Source: Bacillota bacterium | Lineage (GTDB): Bacteria > Bacillota > Dehalobacteriia > UBA4068 | Assembly: GCA_050949225.1 (NCBI GenBank) | Contig: JBMNFI010000002.1 | Span: 197,942 to 261,941 of the forward strand | DNA length: 64,000 nt | Reading direction: 5' to 3' | In this document: positions 1 to 8,554 of the stretch, piece after piece | Numbering within the stretch: position 1 is the stretch's first letter | Layout of the letters: the number at the start of each line of letters is the position of its first letter | Position numbers and translations under genes: made by a program | The notes under the pieces: generated by a model | The model's database searches: none | What the model was told of the DNA's origin: nothing | The model's input: only the letters and a program-made list of their open reading frames with translations

Positions 1-1005
1 CAGGTGGCTCATACTTTTGATGCTGATGCGGAGGAAGTTTTTTTTACCAGTGGTGGTACGGAAGCCAATAATATGGCTATTATAGGCGCTGCTATGGCAA
101 GGGGAAAGGGAAGTCATATTATTACTTCCCAGGTAGAGCACCCTTCGGTTCTTTCAGTTTGTAAGTTTTTGGCCCAAAATGGCTTTGATGTAACTTTTTT
201 ACCGGTTGACGGCTATGCCATGGTTGACCCTGATGATCTAAAAAAAGCTTTAAGGCCGGATACTGTCCTGGTTTCCATTATGCACGCTAATAATGAGGTG
301 GGTACGATTAATCCCATCGGTGAACTGGGAGCTATTTGCCGTGAGGCAGGGGTGCTTTTCCATGTTGATGCTGTGCAAAGCTGGTGTAAGGTGCCCTTTA
401 CAGTGCAAAGTCTAAATGCTGACTTGATAAGTCTTTCCGCTCATAAAATTAATGGTCCTAAAGGTGTAGGTGCGCTTTACAAAAGAAAGACGGCTTGCCT
501 GGCACGTTTTATTCATGGAGGGGGGCAGGAAAAAAAGGTTCGTTCAGGAACTGAAAATATGCCCGGAATTGTTGGCATGGGTCTAGCGGCCGAAATGAAT
601 TTTATAGGTCTGGAGCAGAATGTTGATCGCTGGAAAAAGCTGCGTGATAGTTTGGTTGGACAAGTTTTGGATACTATTGAGTATAGCCAATTAAACGGTC
701 ATCCGGTTCAGCGTTTGCCGCATAATGCTAATCTGTCCTTTGATTATATTGAAGGAGAAGCGTTGCTTTTGCATTTAGATATTAATGGAATTGCCTGTTC
801 TACAGGCTCGGCATGTGCTTCTAATTCCGATGGTGCATCCCATGTGCTTCAAGCGATGAAAGTTGCTGAAGGAATGCTTAATAGTGCCTTGCGCTTGACT
901 ATTGGTTATGGCAATACGCAACAAGACATTGATTATACGGCAAAAATCTTGCGGGAAAAAGTAGATCATTTACGATCATTTTCCCCTCATTTTCACGGAA
1001 AATAA
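1..1005 (+). CDS. nifS: cysteine desulfurase (NifS/IscS family, class V aminotransferase); 5' end lies outside the window
   Basis: ORF 4..1005 is in frame from the window edge. PLP-lysine region SAHKINGPKG, HGGGQE..RSGTEN, and active-site Cys loop GIACSTGSACAS near the C-terminus. Confidence 0.85.
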   Translation, partial: QVAHTFDADAEEVFFTSGGTEANNMAIIGAAMARGKGSHIITSQVEHPSVLSVCKFLAQNGFDVTFLPVDGYAMVDPDDLKKALRPDTVLVSIMHANNEVGTINPIGELGAICREAGVLFHVDAVQSWCKVPFTVQSLNADLISLSAHKINGPKGVGALYKRKTACLARFIHGGGQEKKVRSGTENMPGIVGMGLAAEMNFIGLEQNVDRWKKLRDSLVGQVLDTIEYSQLNGHPVQRLPHNANLSFDYIEGEALLLHLDINGIACSTGSACASNSDGASHVLQAMKVAEGMLNSALRLTIGYGNTQQDIDYTAKILREKVDHLRSFSPHFHGK

Positions 1006-1107
1006 GACCATGCTTAACTTCATAAATAAAAAAGAAACTTCTGCCGCTGGTGGAAGTTTTTTTAGTTGATGCATATCATGTAAAAAAGAGGACTGTGGGG
1101 TGAGCGT

Positions 1108-1293
1108 ATGAGAAAAGCGGCATTAGTTTTAATGGCGATACTTTTGATTGTTTTATCCTTTAATTTAGGTATCTTTGCCGCACTTTTAATGTGTGCTGCC
1201 GGTTTTTTTCTCGTTATTATGATTGCTGTTTTTTTATATACGATACACTTTAAAAAACAGGCAGAAAATGAAATATGGGAAGATGAACCATGA
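1108..1293 (+). CDS. small hydrophobic membrane protein (hypothetical)
   Basis: 61-aa ORF with two predicted TM helices (LVLMAILLIVLSFNLGIFAALLMCAAGFFLVIMIAVFLY). GAGG upstream. No recognisable family. Confidence 0.35.
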   Translation: MRKAALVLMAILLIVLSFNLGIFAALLMCAAGFFLVIMIAVFLYTIHFKKQAENEIWEDEP

Positions 1294-1407
1294 AGCATTT
1301 TTGCTATTTTGTTGTAAATGTTGTTGGCAGGATTTTTTTATCATAAAGGAGAATAACATTTAGAGAGAATAAGAAGATTGTATGATAAAAAAGGATAACT
1401 GTGAAAA

Positions 1408-2886
1408 ATGAAAAAAAGAGTCAATGAAAGAAGAATTGCAAGGGAAAAGCACTCAGAAACAAAAAAGAAAAATTTTCCGGTAGAAACAGAGCCTAATGGA
1501 TTATGGCAGAGGTTGCGTGCGTGGCCTTTTCTGCTGATTATCATTGCCATTATTATTGTTGCGGTACTTGTTCTGGCAAATCAATGTTCATCCAAAGAGA
1601 GCCATAATACTTCTTTTGCGGCAAAAGCTGATTTTTGGCCGCAAGGACAAGATGCCGGTATTCCTTGCGATTATTTACTGGTTAATGCCACGATTGTTGA
1701 CGGTAGTGGGGGTGCCTCCTATAAGGGAAACATAGCCGTTAAGGATGATCTTATTGTTGGTGTTGGTGATTTTATTGCTTCTTTTGATGCTTACATTATT
1801 GATGCCAGTGATTTGATCGTTGCCCCCGGCTTTATTGATATACATACACATAGTGATGATTATTGGCCGAGCGGTGGCGATGGAAGTCCTATTCTTTCCC
1901 AGGGGATCACTACACATATCGTGGGCAACTGCGGCAATGCTCCGGCGGATATAGCCGCTTATCTCAAGCAGGTTGACTATGGTGCAATTAATGTGGGTAC
2001 CTTTGTTGGCTATAAGGTGTTATGTGAGAAAAGAGGCCCTACACCTGAGGGACAAGCTGTTTCCGCAGAAGCCCTGAAACTAATGCAGCAACAATTAAAA
2101 AAAGGTTTGACAGAAGGGGCTTTTGGAATTTCTTTAGGTCTTTCATATTACCCACAGAATCAAGGAACATTTGCGGAGTTTGTGGCCCTGGCTGAAACTT
2201 GTAAAGAAGCTGATGCCTTGATGGCCATCCATATTCGTGATGAGGGTGACCAGGTGGTAGAATCCTTGGAGGAAGCCTTAAAAGTAGCTGAAAAGACGGG
2301 TGTCTCTTTGCAATACAGCCATGTGAAGGCAGCAGGAAAAGCCAATTGGTCGAAGCAGGATCGGGTCTTAGAATTGTTTGATCAGGCGATTGCCTCAGGT
2401 TTAGATGTGGCCGGGGATGCTTATGTTTATACCTTTTCCAGCAATGACTTGGGAGGCTCCAACGAATCGATTTCCGCAGAAAACATCAAAAAAGTACTCA
2501 GTAATGATCATGTTATGTTAGCCAGCGATGGCGGTTTGAACGATCAAGGGAAGGCTATCCATCCTAGAGCCTATGCTAATAGCACAATGTTTTTAATTTC
2601 ATATGTTCGTGAGCAACAGCTTTTATCCTTGGAAGAGGCCGTGTATAAGATGACCTATCTACCGGCGCAAAGAGTGAAAATACCGAATCGAGGTTTATTG
2701 AAAGTAGGAAATAAGGCTGATTTAGTAGTTTTTAAGCTGGAGGATCTTAAAGTTAACGCCACCAGGGGAAACCCTTCTCAGCTTTCAGAGGGAATGTCAT
2801 ATGTTTTTGTTAATGGTAAAATGGTGATTGAAAAAGGGAATTTTGCTGGTGTCAAGGCGGGCAGAGCCTTAAAGTTTAGCTTATAA
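1408..2886 (+). CDS. amidohydrolase-family protein (N-acyl-D-amino-acid deacylase / D-aminoacylase-like) with N-terminal membrane anchor
   Basis: 492-aa ORF with an N-terminal TM segment. Metal-binding motif GFIDIHTHSDDYW and a later HIRDEGD motif are typical of the D-aminoacylase branch of amidohydrolases. Confidence 0.75.
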   Translation: MKKRVNERRIAREKHSETKKKNFPVETEPNGLWQRLRAWPFLLIIIAIIIVAVLVLANQCSSKESHNTSFAAKADFWPQGQDAGIPCDYLLVNATIVDGSGGASYKGNIAVKDDLIVGVGDFIASFDAYIIDASDLIVAPGFIDIHTHSDDYWPSGGDGSPILSQGITTHIVGNCGNAPADIAAYLKQVDYGAINVGTFVGYKVLCEKRGPTPEGQAVSAEALKLMQQQLKKGLTEGAFGISLGLSYYPQNQGTFAEFVALAETCKEADALMAIHIRDEGDQVVESLEEALKVAEKTGVSLQYSHVKAAGKANWSKQDRVLELFDQAIASGLDVAGDAYVYTFSSNDLGGSNESISAENIKKVLSNDHVMLASDGGLNDQGKAIHPRAYANSTMFLISYVREQQLLSLEEAVYKMTYLPAQRVKIPNRGLLKVGNKADLVVFKLEDLKVNATRGNPSQLSEGMSYVFVNGKMVIEKGNFAGVKAGRALKFSL

Positions 2887-2912
2887 TATGTGATAGAAAG
2901 AGGGAATGTTTT

Positions 2913-3395
2913 ATGCGTTTGGGTCAGTTTGAGATGTATGATGGACAAGAAATCTTGGAAATGTTACAAACAGCGCCATATTGCCATATTGCTATTGAGG
3001 ATGAAAACAGTCCTTATTTGGTGACCATGTTTTTTGGTTATTGGGAAGAGGAAAAAAGGATTTACCTTCATGGGGCGATGGAGGGACGTAAAGTAGATCT
3101 TTTTAATAGAGAATCCTCTAAGGTCTGTGTGCAGATTGTCGACAGTGTAGAGGTTGTACCTGATGATAATATCTGCGACTATTTTGGTGTTTACCGTAGT
3201 TTAATCATTGAGGGTTTGCTAAGACCCACTTGTTCGCCGGAAGAACAAAAGCGTGCTTTGGATTTAATCGTTAAGAAATATGCGGATAAGGATGCACCTA
3301 GCTACCCTGAAGAGGTTTTGTCGCAAACCTCTACCTGGTGTATTGAGGTATTATCTGTCAGCGGAAAAAAATTTCCTAAGGAATTTATAGGATAA
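2913..3395 (+). CDS. pyridoxamine 5'-phosphate oxidase-family FMN-binding protein
   Basis: 160 aa, PNPOx-like split-barrel signature (YLHGAMEGRKVDLF, CVQIVD). RBS GAGGGAA upstream. Confidence 0.65.
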   Translation: MRLGQFEMYDGQEILEMLQTAPYCHIAIEDENSPYLVTMFFGYWEEEKRIYLHGAMEGRKVDLFNRESSKVCVQIVDSVEVVPDDNICDYFGVYRSLIIEGLLRPTCSPEEQKRALDLIVKKYADKDAPSYPEEVLSQTSTWCIEVLSVSGKKFPKEFIG

Positions 3396-3471
3396 AAGAT
3401 CTATCATACAAGCACAAACCCCTTCCTTTGGCAATAATATGTTATAGCCGAAAGAAGGGGGGAGTTGGAGT

Positions 3472-3954
3472 ATGGTTTTTTATGGTGCTAATAAGGAGGT
3501 AGAAAATTTGCTGCGTGAGGCAATGTGGAATGAGCAGATCTCTATTCGCAGCTATCAGATATTGGCCCAAAAGGCCCCTAATGCCAAGGACGAGAGGCAG
3601 ATCAGAGCGATCAGACGACAGGAACGTCTGCATTATGTTCTGCTGGCGGATATGTATGAAGAAATAACAGGTGTTGATTTTGTGCCGGGATCACCTTCTG
3701 TGAGCTTGCCTAAAGATTTTTGCGGCATGATAAAAACTGCTATTTATGATGAGCTGGCATCAGTAAGATTTTATGAAAAGCTAGCAAAGGATCTTGACTG
3801 TGCCAGACAGCAAAAGCGTTTGCGAGAAATTATTAATGATGAAAAGCATCAAGCACGGATTCTGGCTGCAATTTATCATCAATGTTCACATCAGCAGCTC
3901 AGGCAAACTGATGAGTTGGGTTATGAAAATTATTTTCCTCAATATAATTATTAA
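3472..3954 (+). CDS. hypothetical protein, possibly ferritin-like
   Basis: 160-aa ORF with RBS GGGGGGAG upstream, helical and charged composition. No firm family assignment from sequence alone. Confidence 0.4.
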   Translation: MVFYGANKEVENLLREAMWNEQISIRSYQILAQKAPNAKDERQIRAIRRQERLHYVLLADMYEEITGVDFVPGSPSVSLPKDFCGMIKTAIYDELASVRFYEKLAKDLDCARQQKRLREIINDEKHQARILAAIYHQCSHQQLRQTDELGYENYFPQYNY

Positions 3955-3983
3955 GGATATGGCTTTAAGTTTTAGTTAATTAT

Positions 3984-4925
3984 TTAATCTGCTAAAATGA
4001 TATCCCCGGTAACGATTTTTCGTGTAGAGCCATCCGCAAGTTCCATGACTAAATAACCATTTTCATCCATATCAAGTGCTTTGCCGGTATACGAGCCATT
4101 AATAGTAGTGGCAGTAATTTTTTTACCAAGGCAGTTATTGTTTTGCAGCCACTGTCGGCGGATGGGAGAAAAGCCCTCGGTGCAGAGCAGCTGATAATAT
4201 TTTTCCAGCGAGCTTAAAATTTCAGCTGCTATCTGAGCTCGTGGCATGGTCAATTGCAGACCTGTTGCTGAGTTTTGTAATTTTGCCGGCAGATCAATTT
4301 GGCAGTTGATGCCTATGCCTATGATTATCCAGTGGATCGTGTCTATGTCGGCTTTCATTTCCGCCAGGATGCCGGCGATTTTTTTATTATTTAACAAAAG
4401 ATCATTCGGCCATTTAATAGTGCTATCATAGCCCAATTTGTGTAGGGCTTCATTGATTGCAACGGAGGCCATCAGTGTGAAAAACTGAGCCCATCTTGGT
4501 GGTAGTTGGGGCTGCCAAAGGACAGAAAACCAAAGACCTCCTTGTTGTGGGGAGTACCATTTTCTGCCTAAACGCCCCTTTCCGGCGGTTTGTGATTCAG
4601 CAAATAAAGCCGTAAAACCAGGAGTATTCTCTTCAGCCAGTTGGGCAAGCTTGTTATTGGTGGAGTCAACTTCTTCGTGCCAGTAAATTTGCCAGGGGGA
4701 ATTATCCGCCAGATAGTGCTTAACTTCTGCCGGCAGCAATTTATCAGGTGCGGAAACAAAGCGATATCCGATATTTGGGCTGGCCTCTATGATATAACCT
4801 GTTTGTCTCAAGATTTTAATATGCTTGGCGATAGCGGCTCGACTAATTTGCAGCTGTCGACTTAACAGTTCACCGGATATTTCCTGAGGACTATGGCGCA
4901 GGATTTTTAAGATTTTGTCACGCAT
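3984..4925 (-). CDS. birA: bifunctional biotin--[acetyl-CoA-carboxylase] ligase and biotin-operon repressor BirA
   Basis: N-terminal HTH (ISGELLSRQLQISRAAIAKHIKILRQTGY) and biotin-binding GRGRxGRxW-type motif (GKGRLGRKWYSPQQGGLWFS). ATG at 4925 follows AAGGAG at a 9-nt spacing. The track ORF begins at an upstream GTG. Confidence 0.9.
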   Translation of the reverse strand: MRDKILKILRHSPQEISGELLSRQLQISRAAIAKHIKILRQTGYIIEASPNIGYRFVSAPDKLLPAEVKHYLADNSPWQIYWHEEVDSTNNKLAQLAEENTPGFTALFAESQTAGKGRLGRKWYSPQQGGLWFSVLWQPQLPPRWAQFFTLMASVAINEALHKLGYDSTIKWPNDLLLNNKKIAGILAEMKADIDTIHWIIIGIGINCQIDLPAKLQNSATGLQLTMPRAQIAAEILSSLEKYYQLLCTEGFSPIRRQWLQNNNCLGKKITATTINGSYTGKALDMDENGYLVMELADGSTRKIVTGDIILAD

Positions 4926-4964
4926 TGTCAACACTCCTTGCTTAAAGGGTTTGCGATTTGTGTT

Positions 4965-4993
4965 ATTATAGCACGCACTATCATAATTAACAA
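4965..4993 (-). promoter_or_regulatory. putative sigma-A promoter of birA (-35 TTGTTA, 17 bp spacer, -10 TATAAT)
   Basis: On the minus strand the sequence reads TTGTTA-N17-TATAAT about 40 nt upstream of the birA ATG. Confidence 0.35.
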
Positions 4994-5364
4994 GCTAAGG
5001 GTAGGATATCATTAAAATGACTGTTGGCAGCAGTTGAGATTTATGATAATATTATACAGTATTGATTATGAAAAAGGTATCCAAGTGATTAAAATAGGAT
5101 ATCTTTAAGATTGAGATGATTTCTTGATGGGATTTTAAAAAGCTTCCTATGATGTGCAGGCGTTAGATTACTAATGCCATGGTGAATCGTGGTAAGAGGT
5201 TAGTTTATAAGGTGTATTCCTTGAAAAAAGGAATCGTCCGAAACTATAGTTGTTGAAAAAATTAGCATGCAAGAATTTGTGGAATAGAGTAGGTTATCTT
5301 TTATTGTTAGTTTTTAGAACCACTTTTTTAGTAATTTGAGGGGCTGAAAATTAAAGTAAGATAC

Positions 5365-5452
5365 GGAGGGTTGTCCGAGTGGCTGAAGGAGCTGGTCTCG
5401 AAAACCAGTGTACCGCAAGGTATCCAGGGTTCAAATCCCTGACCCTCCGCCA
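5365..5452 (+). tRNA. tRNA-Ser (anticodon CGA)
   Basis: GGAGGGT acceptor stem, long variable arm, anticodon loop CTCGAAA, T-loop GGTTCAAATCC, 3' CCA encoded. Confidence 0.9.
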
Positions 5453-5912
5453 AAAAAAAGGGTGGGAATTTGTTACGAAAACTGTCAGAGGAGCTATAAA
5501 ACCCCTAAGAATGCTACAGGCAACAGCGAGCACAATAGATTTATCGCTAAAAATTTGGGAAGATCGGGAAACTAATCACTATATCCACGAATCATTCTTA
5601 AAGACTGATAGTAAAAAATTAAGCGGATGACAAAAGATAATTATAAAAAAACAACTGTGACATTAAAAGCGAGGAGGCAAACACTCTTCGTTTTTATTTT
5701 TATGTACATATTTTTTAAACAAATAAGTTAAACTTGCAACAAAACAGAGCAGTATGGTTGATTCGATGCTTTTTATTATTATAAAAGCGGAACATTGTTT
5801 GACGGATTCATAAAGTTTAAATACTTATCATTAAAATCTATGCTATAATAGAAATAGTTTTCTATTTAATAAGCCATGGAAATATAAAAAAACTAAGTGA
5901 GGAGGTAATAAA

Positions 5913-6581
5913 ATGGCAAAATATATGTGTTCCGTTTGTGGCTATATTTATGATGAAGAAGAGGGTATTCCTGATGCGGATATTGCTCCTGGTACAACGT
6001 GGGAAAATCTGCCGTCGGATTGGTCATGTCCCCTTTGTGGTGCGAGCAAAGCGGATTTTGAAAAAGAGGGTGAGCCTGCTGTATCATTAGAAAAAAAATC
6101 ATCGGCTGCGATTGAGTTCCCTATGGATGTGAATGAACCATCCCCGTTGGCGATTTCTGCACTTTGCACAAATCTGGCACGTGGATGTGAAAAACAATAT
6201 AAGCCAGAAGAAGAAGCTCTTTTTAATCAACTGGCTGAATATTTCAAATCACTGTCAGCAGCTGCTAAAGAACCTGCTTTTGATCAGATAATCGCGATGA
6301 TTGAGAAAGATCTTGAGGAAGGTTTTCCAAGTGCCAGTTCTGTGTCATCCGATGCGAAGGATCGAGGAGCGCTTCGCGCTTTAGTTTGGAGTGAGAAGGT
6401 CACCCGTATTTTAAAGTCTCTTTTGGCCCGTTATCAAAAAGAGGGCGAAGCCATGCTTGAAAATACCGATGTCCATGTCTGTACAATTTGTGGTTTTGTG
6501 TATATAGGGGATGATTTACCGGGGATTTGCCCTGTTTGCAAAGTGCCGAATTGGAAGTTTGAAAAAGTTGAGGGGAGGTAA
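5913..6581 (+). CDS. rubredoxin-domain protein (N-terminal rubredoxin, central domain of unknown function, C-terminal rubredoxin-like CxxC..CxxC knuckle)
   Basis: N-terminus MAKYMCSVCGYIYDEEEG...WSCPLCGASKADFE is a canonical rubredoxin. C-terminus has CTICGFVY...CPVCKV. Strong RBS GGAGG upstream. Confidence 0.8.
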   Translation: MAKYMCSVCGYIYDEEEGIPDADIAPGTTWENLPSDWSCPLCGASKADFEKEGEPAVSLEKKSSAAIEFPMDVNEPSPLAISALCTNLARGCEKQYKPEEEALFNQLAEYFKSLSAAAKEPAFDQIIAMIEKDLEEGFPSASSVSSDAKDRGALRALVWSEKVTRILKSLLARYQKEGEAMLENTDVHVCTICGFVYIGDDLPGICPVCKVPNWKFEKVEGR

Positions 6582-7564
6582 TGAAAATGTCCAAAAAATA
6601 TGCGGTAAGAAATATACGTTTATGTACTAAGGACTGCTTGTGTCTTTATGTTTGTCCTACCGGCGCAACAGATACCGAAAACAGTATTATTGATGTGGCA
6701 AAATGCAAAGGCTGCGGCGATTGTGCAGATGCTTGTCCTTCCGGGGCAATTTCTATGGTCCCTGTAGAGTATCCGCCTCAACAGGTTAAAACAGAAGCGG
6801 TGATCAAAGCTCTTAAATCTCTTATGTATAGTAAGTCAGAACAAGAAAGAATTGCTGCCGGATTATCAGGAAAACTAGCTGTGGCGCTTGAAAAATCCAA
6901 CCATATTATGGCAGAAGATCTTATCCGTGAGGCCGGATATATGTTACCACAAAGTGACAATGCTCAGAAATTTTTGCAATCGCTTCTTGATCAGGAACAA
7001 GCAGCAGAATTTCCCAGAGATATTGTCGAAAAACTGCTGAATAAATTTAAAAACGGGGATGATAAATCGATGAGTGATAATAAAACACTTGCTAATTTAA
7101 TGACAGCATTTACCGGGGAGGCCGAGGCAAACAGAAAATATACGGCATATGCTAAAAAGGCTGAAAAAGATGGAAAAATGAATGCAGCAAAATTATTTAG
7201 AGCTGCCTCTGATGCCGAAACTATTCATGCTTTAAAACATTTCGAAGTGGCAGGAAAAATCGGCTCGACAGTAGACAATTTAAAGGATGGAATTGCGGGG
7301 GAAACCTATGAATATAAAGAGATGTATCCCGATTTTGTCAAAGAGGCCGAAGCGGAAGGAAACAAGGCCGCTCTGATGTCTTTTACTTTTGCAATGAAAG
7401 CTGAAGAGGTTCACGCCGGACTTTATCAGGATGCTTTGGATAATCTTGATCAAGAGGAAGAAGTTTTTTATTATCTTTGCCCCGTCTGCGGAAATATTGA
7501 AAAATCCCGACCTGAAAAATGCAGTATCTGTAATGTTTCCGGGGATAAATTTATTAAATACTAA
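6581..7564 (+). CDS. rbr: rubrerythrin fused to an N-terminal 2x[4Fe-4S] ferredoxin domain and a C-terminal rubredoxin-like domain
   Basis: Two CxxCxxCxxxCP ferredoxin motifs at the N-terminus. Ferritin-like diiron helices follow (EAEANRKYTAYAKKAEKDG..., ETIHALKHF, AMKAEEVHAGLYQ). C-terminal CPVCGN...CSICN. Confidence 0.85.
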   Translation: MKMSKKYAVRNIRLCTKDCLCLYVCPTGATDTENSIIDVAKCKGCGDCADACPSGAISMVPVEYPPQQVKTEAVIKALKSLMYSKSEQERIAAGLSGKLAVALEKSNHIMAEDLIREAGYMLPQSDNAQKFLQSLLDQEQAAEFPRDIVEKLLNKFKNGDDKSMSDNKTLANLMTAFTGEAEANRKYTAYAKKAEKDGKMNAAKLFRAASDAETIHALKHFEVAGKIGSTVDNLKDGIAGETYEYKEMYPDFVKEAEAEGNKAALMSFTFAMKAEEVHAGLYQDALDNLDQEEEVFYYLCPVCGNIEKSRPEKCSICNVSGDKFIKY

Positions 7565-7610
7565 TTTTGCAGATTTTCATAATAACAATTAATTTTAATT
7601 TATATCAATT

Positions 7611-7659
7611 AAACTGTCATTAAAGAGTTCCCATCTTTTATGGCAGTTTAAATTTTTTA
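7611..7659 (+). terminator. rho-independent terminator after rbr
   Basis: Hairpin AAACTGTCAT...ATGGCAGTTT followed by a T-run. Confidence 0.4.
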
Positions 7660-7772
7660 TGAAGTTAACGGAGGGATTTTATAAAGCGTGAAAAAAATAC
7701 AGGTCGGTTTATTTACTTGGGGGATTTGAGAAAAACCATCACTAATGATAGTTTTTTAATATACATATTAAT

Positions 7773-7801
7773 TGGTAATAATTGTCATAAAATGCTATAA
7801 T
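7773..7801 (+). promoter_or_regulatory. putative promoter of the cas operon (-35 TTGGTA, 17 bp, extended -10 TGcTATAAT)
   Basis: A good match to the sigma-A consensus lies immediately upstream of cas3. This argues the cas3 start is ATG 7832 rather than ATG 7805. Confidence 0.35.
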
Positions 7802-7831
7802 TAAATGAAATATATATTAGTGGGTGATCTG

Positions 7832-8554
7832 ATGAGATATCTTGCACATACAAAAGATGGAAAGATTTTTGTGCCAGAAGAGGAACATGAGTATCAGTCC
7901 CTTAAGGATCATCTTACCAGTGTCTCTCAATATGCGCAGGGTTTTGCAGAGGCTTTTGGGGCAGGAGAGGCCGGTGCTTTGATAGGCCGTTTGCATGATT
8001 TTGGTAAATACAGTGAGCTGTTTCAAAAGCGTATTCGAGGGGCCAAGATTAAATATCCCCATTCCTTAGAAGGAGCTAAAATACTCTCGGGGAAATCTGA
8101 TTGGATTGTAAATCTATATGGATTAGTGATTGCCAGTCATCATACGGGGCTTACTAATCTTGGTAATGTCGCCAGTGCAGGCGATGGATCGTACTATGAT
8201 AAGCTTTTAAATTATCAGAGTTTTCCCCATCCGGCAGAGGCAATTTTGCCTCAAGATGAGGGGGTTGCTCATAAAAAATTAAAACCTATTCTAGGGAATC
8301 TTCAGGCCTCTTTTTCGATAGCGGTTTATTTAAAGATGTTGTTTTCTGCTTTGGTTGATGCCGATTATACAGATACAGAGGAGTATATTTCCGGAAGAAA
8401 GAGAGAGCCAATTGCATATAATATCGCAGATCTGACAGGGATTCTGGAAAAAATCTGCCCGTTAATGATGGCCGGCCAATCAATAATATTAGAAGCGATA
8501 TTCTGCAAAGCTGCTTGCAGCATGCCCAAAAGCCACAAGGTCTGTTCTCCTTAA
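7832..8554 (+). CDS. cas3: Cas3 N-terminal fragment (HD nuclease domain); reading frame is broken near 8448-8453
   Basis: HD-domain motifs (LHDFGKYSELFQKRIRG, ASHHTGL, VDADYTDTEE). The frame ends at TAA 8552-8554, while the helicase domain continues in the -1 frame. Confidence 0.8.
   Translation: MRYLAHTKDGKIFVPEEEHEYQSLKDHLTSVSQYAQGFAEAFGAGEAGALIGRLHDFGKYSELFQKRIRGAKIKYPHSLEGAKILSGKSDWIVNLYGLVIASHHTGLTNLGNVASAGDGSYYDKLLNYQSFPHPAEAILPQDEGVAHKKLKPILGNLQASFSIAVYLKMLFSALVDADYTDTEEYISGRKREPIAYNIADLTGILEKICPLMMAGQSIILEAIFCKAACSMPKSHKVCSP

Noticed and set aside
5379-5630. 83-aa ORF on the plus strand
   Set aside because: It starts inside tRNA-Ser(CGA) and runs through AT-rich non-coding sequence. 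No RBS, and the composition is non-protein-like.
5791-5849. Candidate promoter for the rubredoxin gene (TTGACG ... TGcTATAAT)
   Set aside because: The -35/-10 spacing is 39 nt, too long for a standard sigma-A promoter. Only the extended -10 (5841..5849) is credible, so it is not reported as a feature.
7805-7831. ATG 7805 as the cas3 start (track ORF start)
   Set aside because: A good -35/-10 promoter (7773..7801) overlaps it, so the transcript probably starts after 7805. The conserved Cas3 N-terminus begins at MRYLAHTKDG (ATG 7832).
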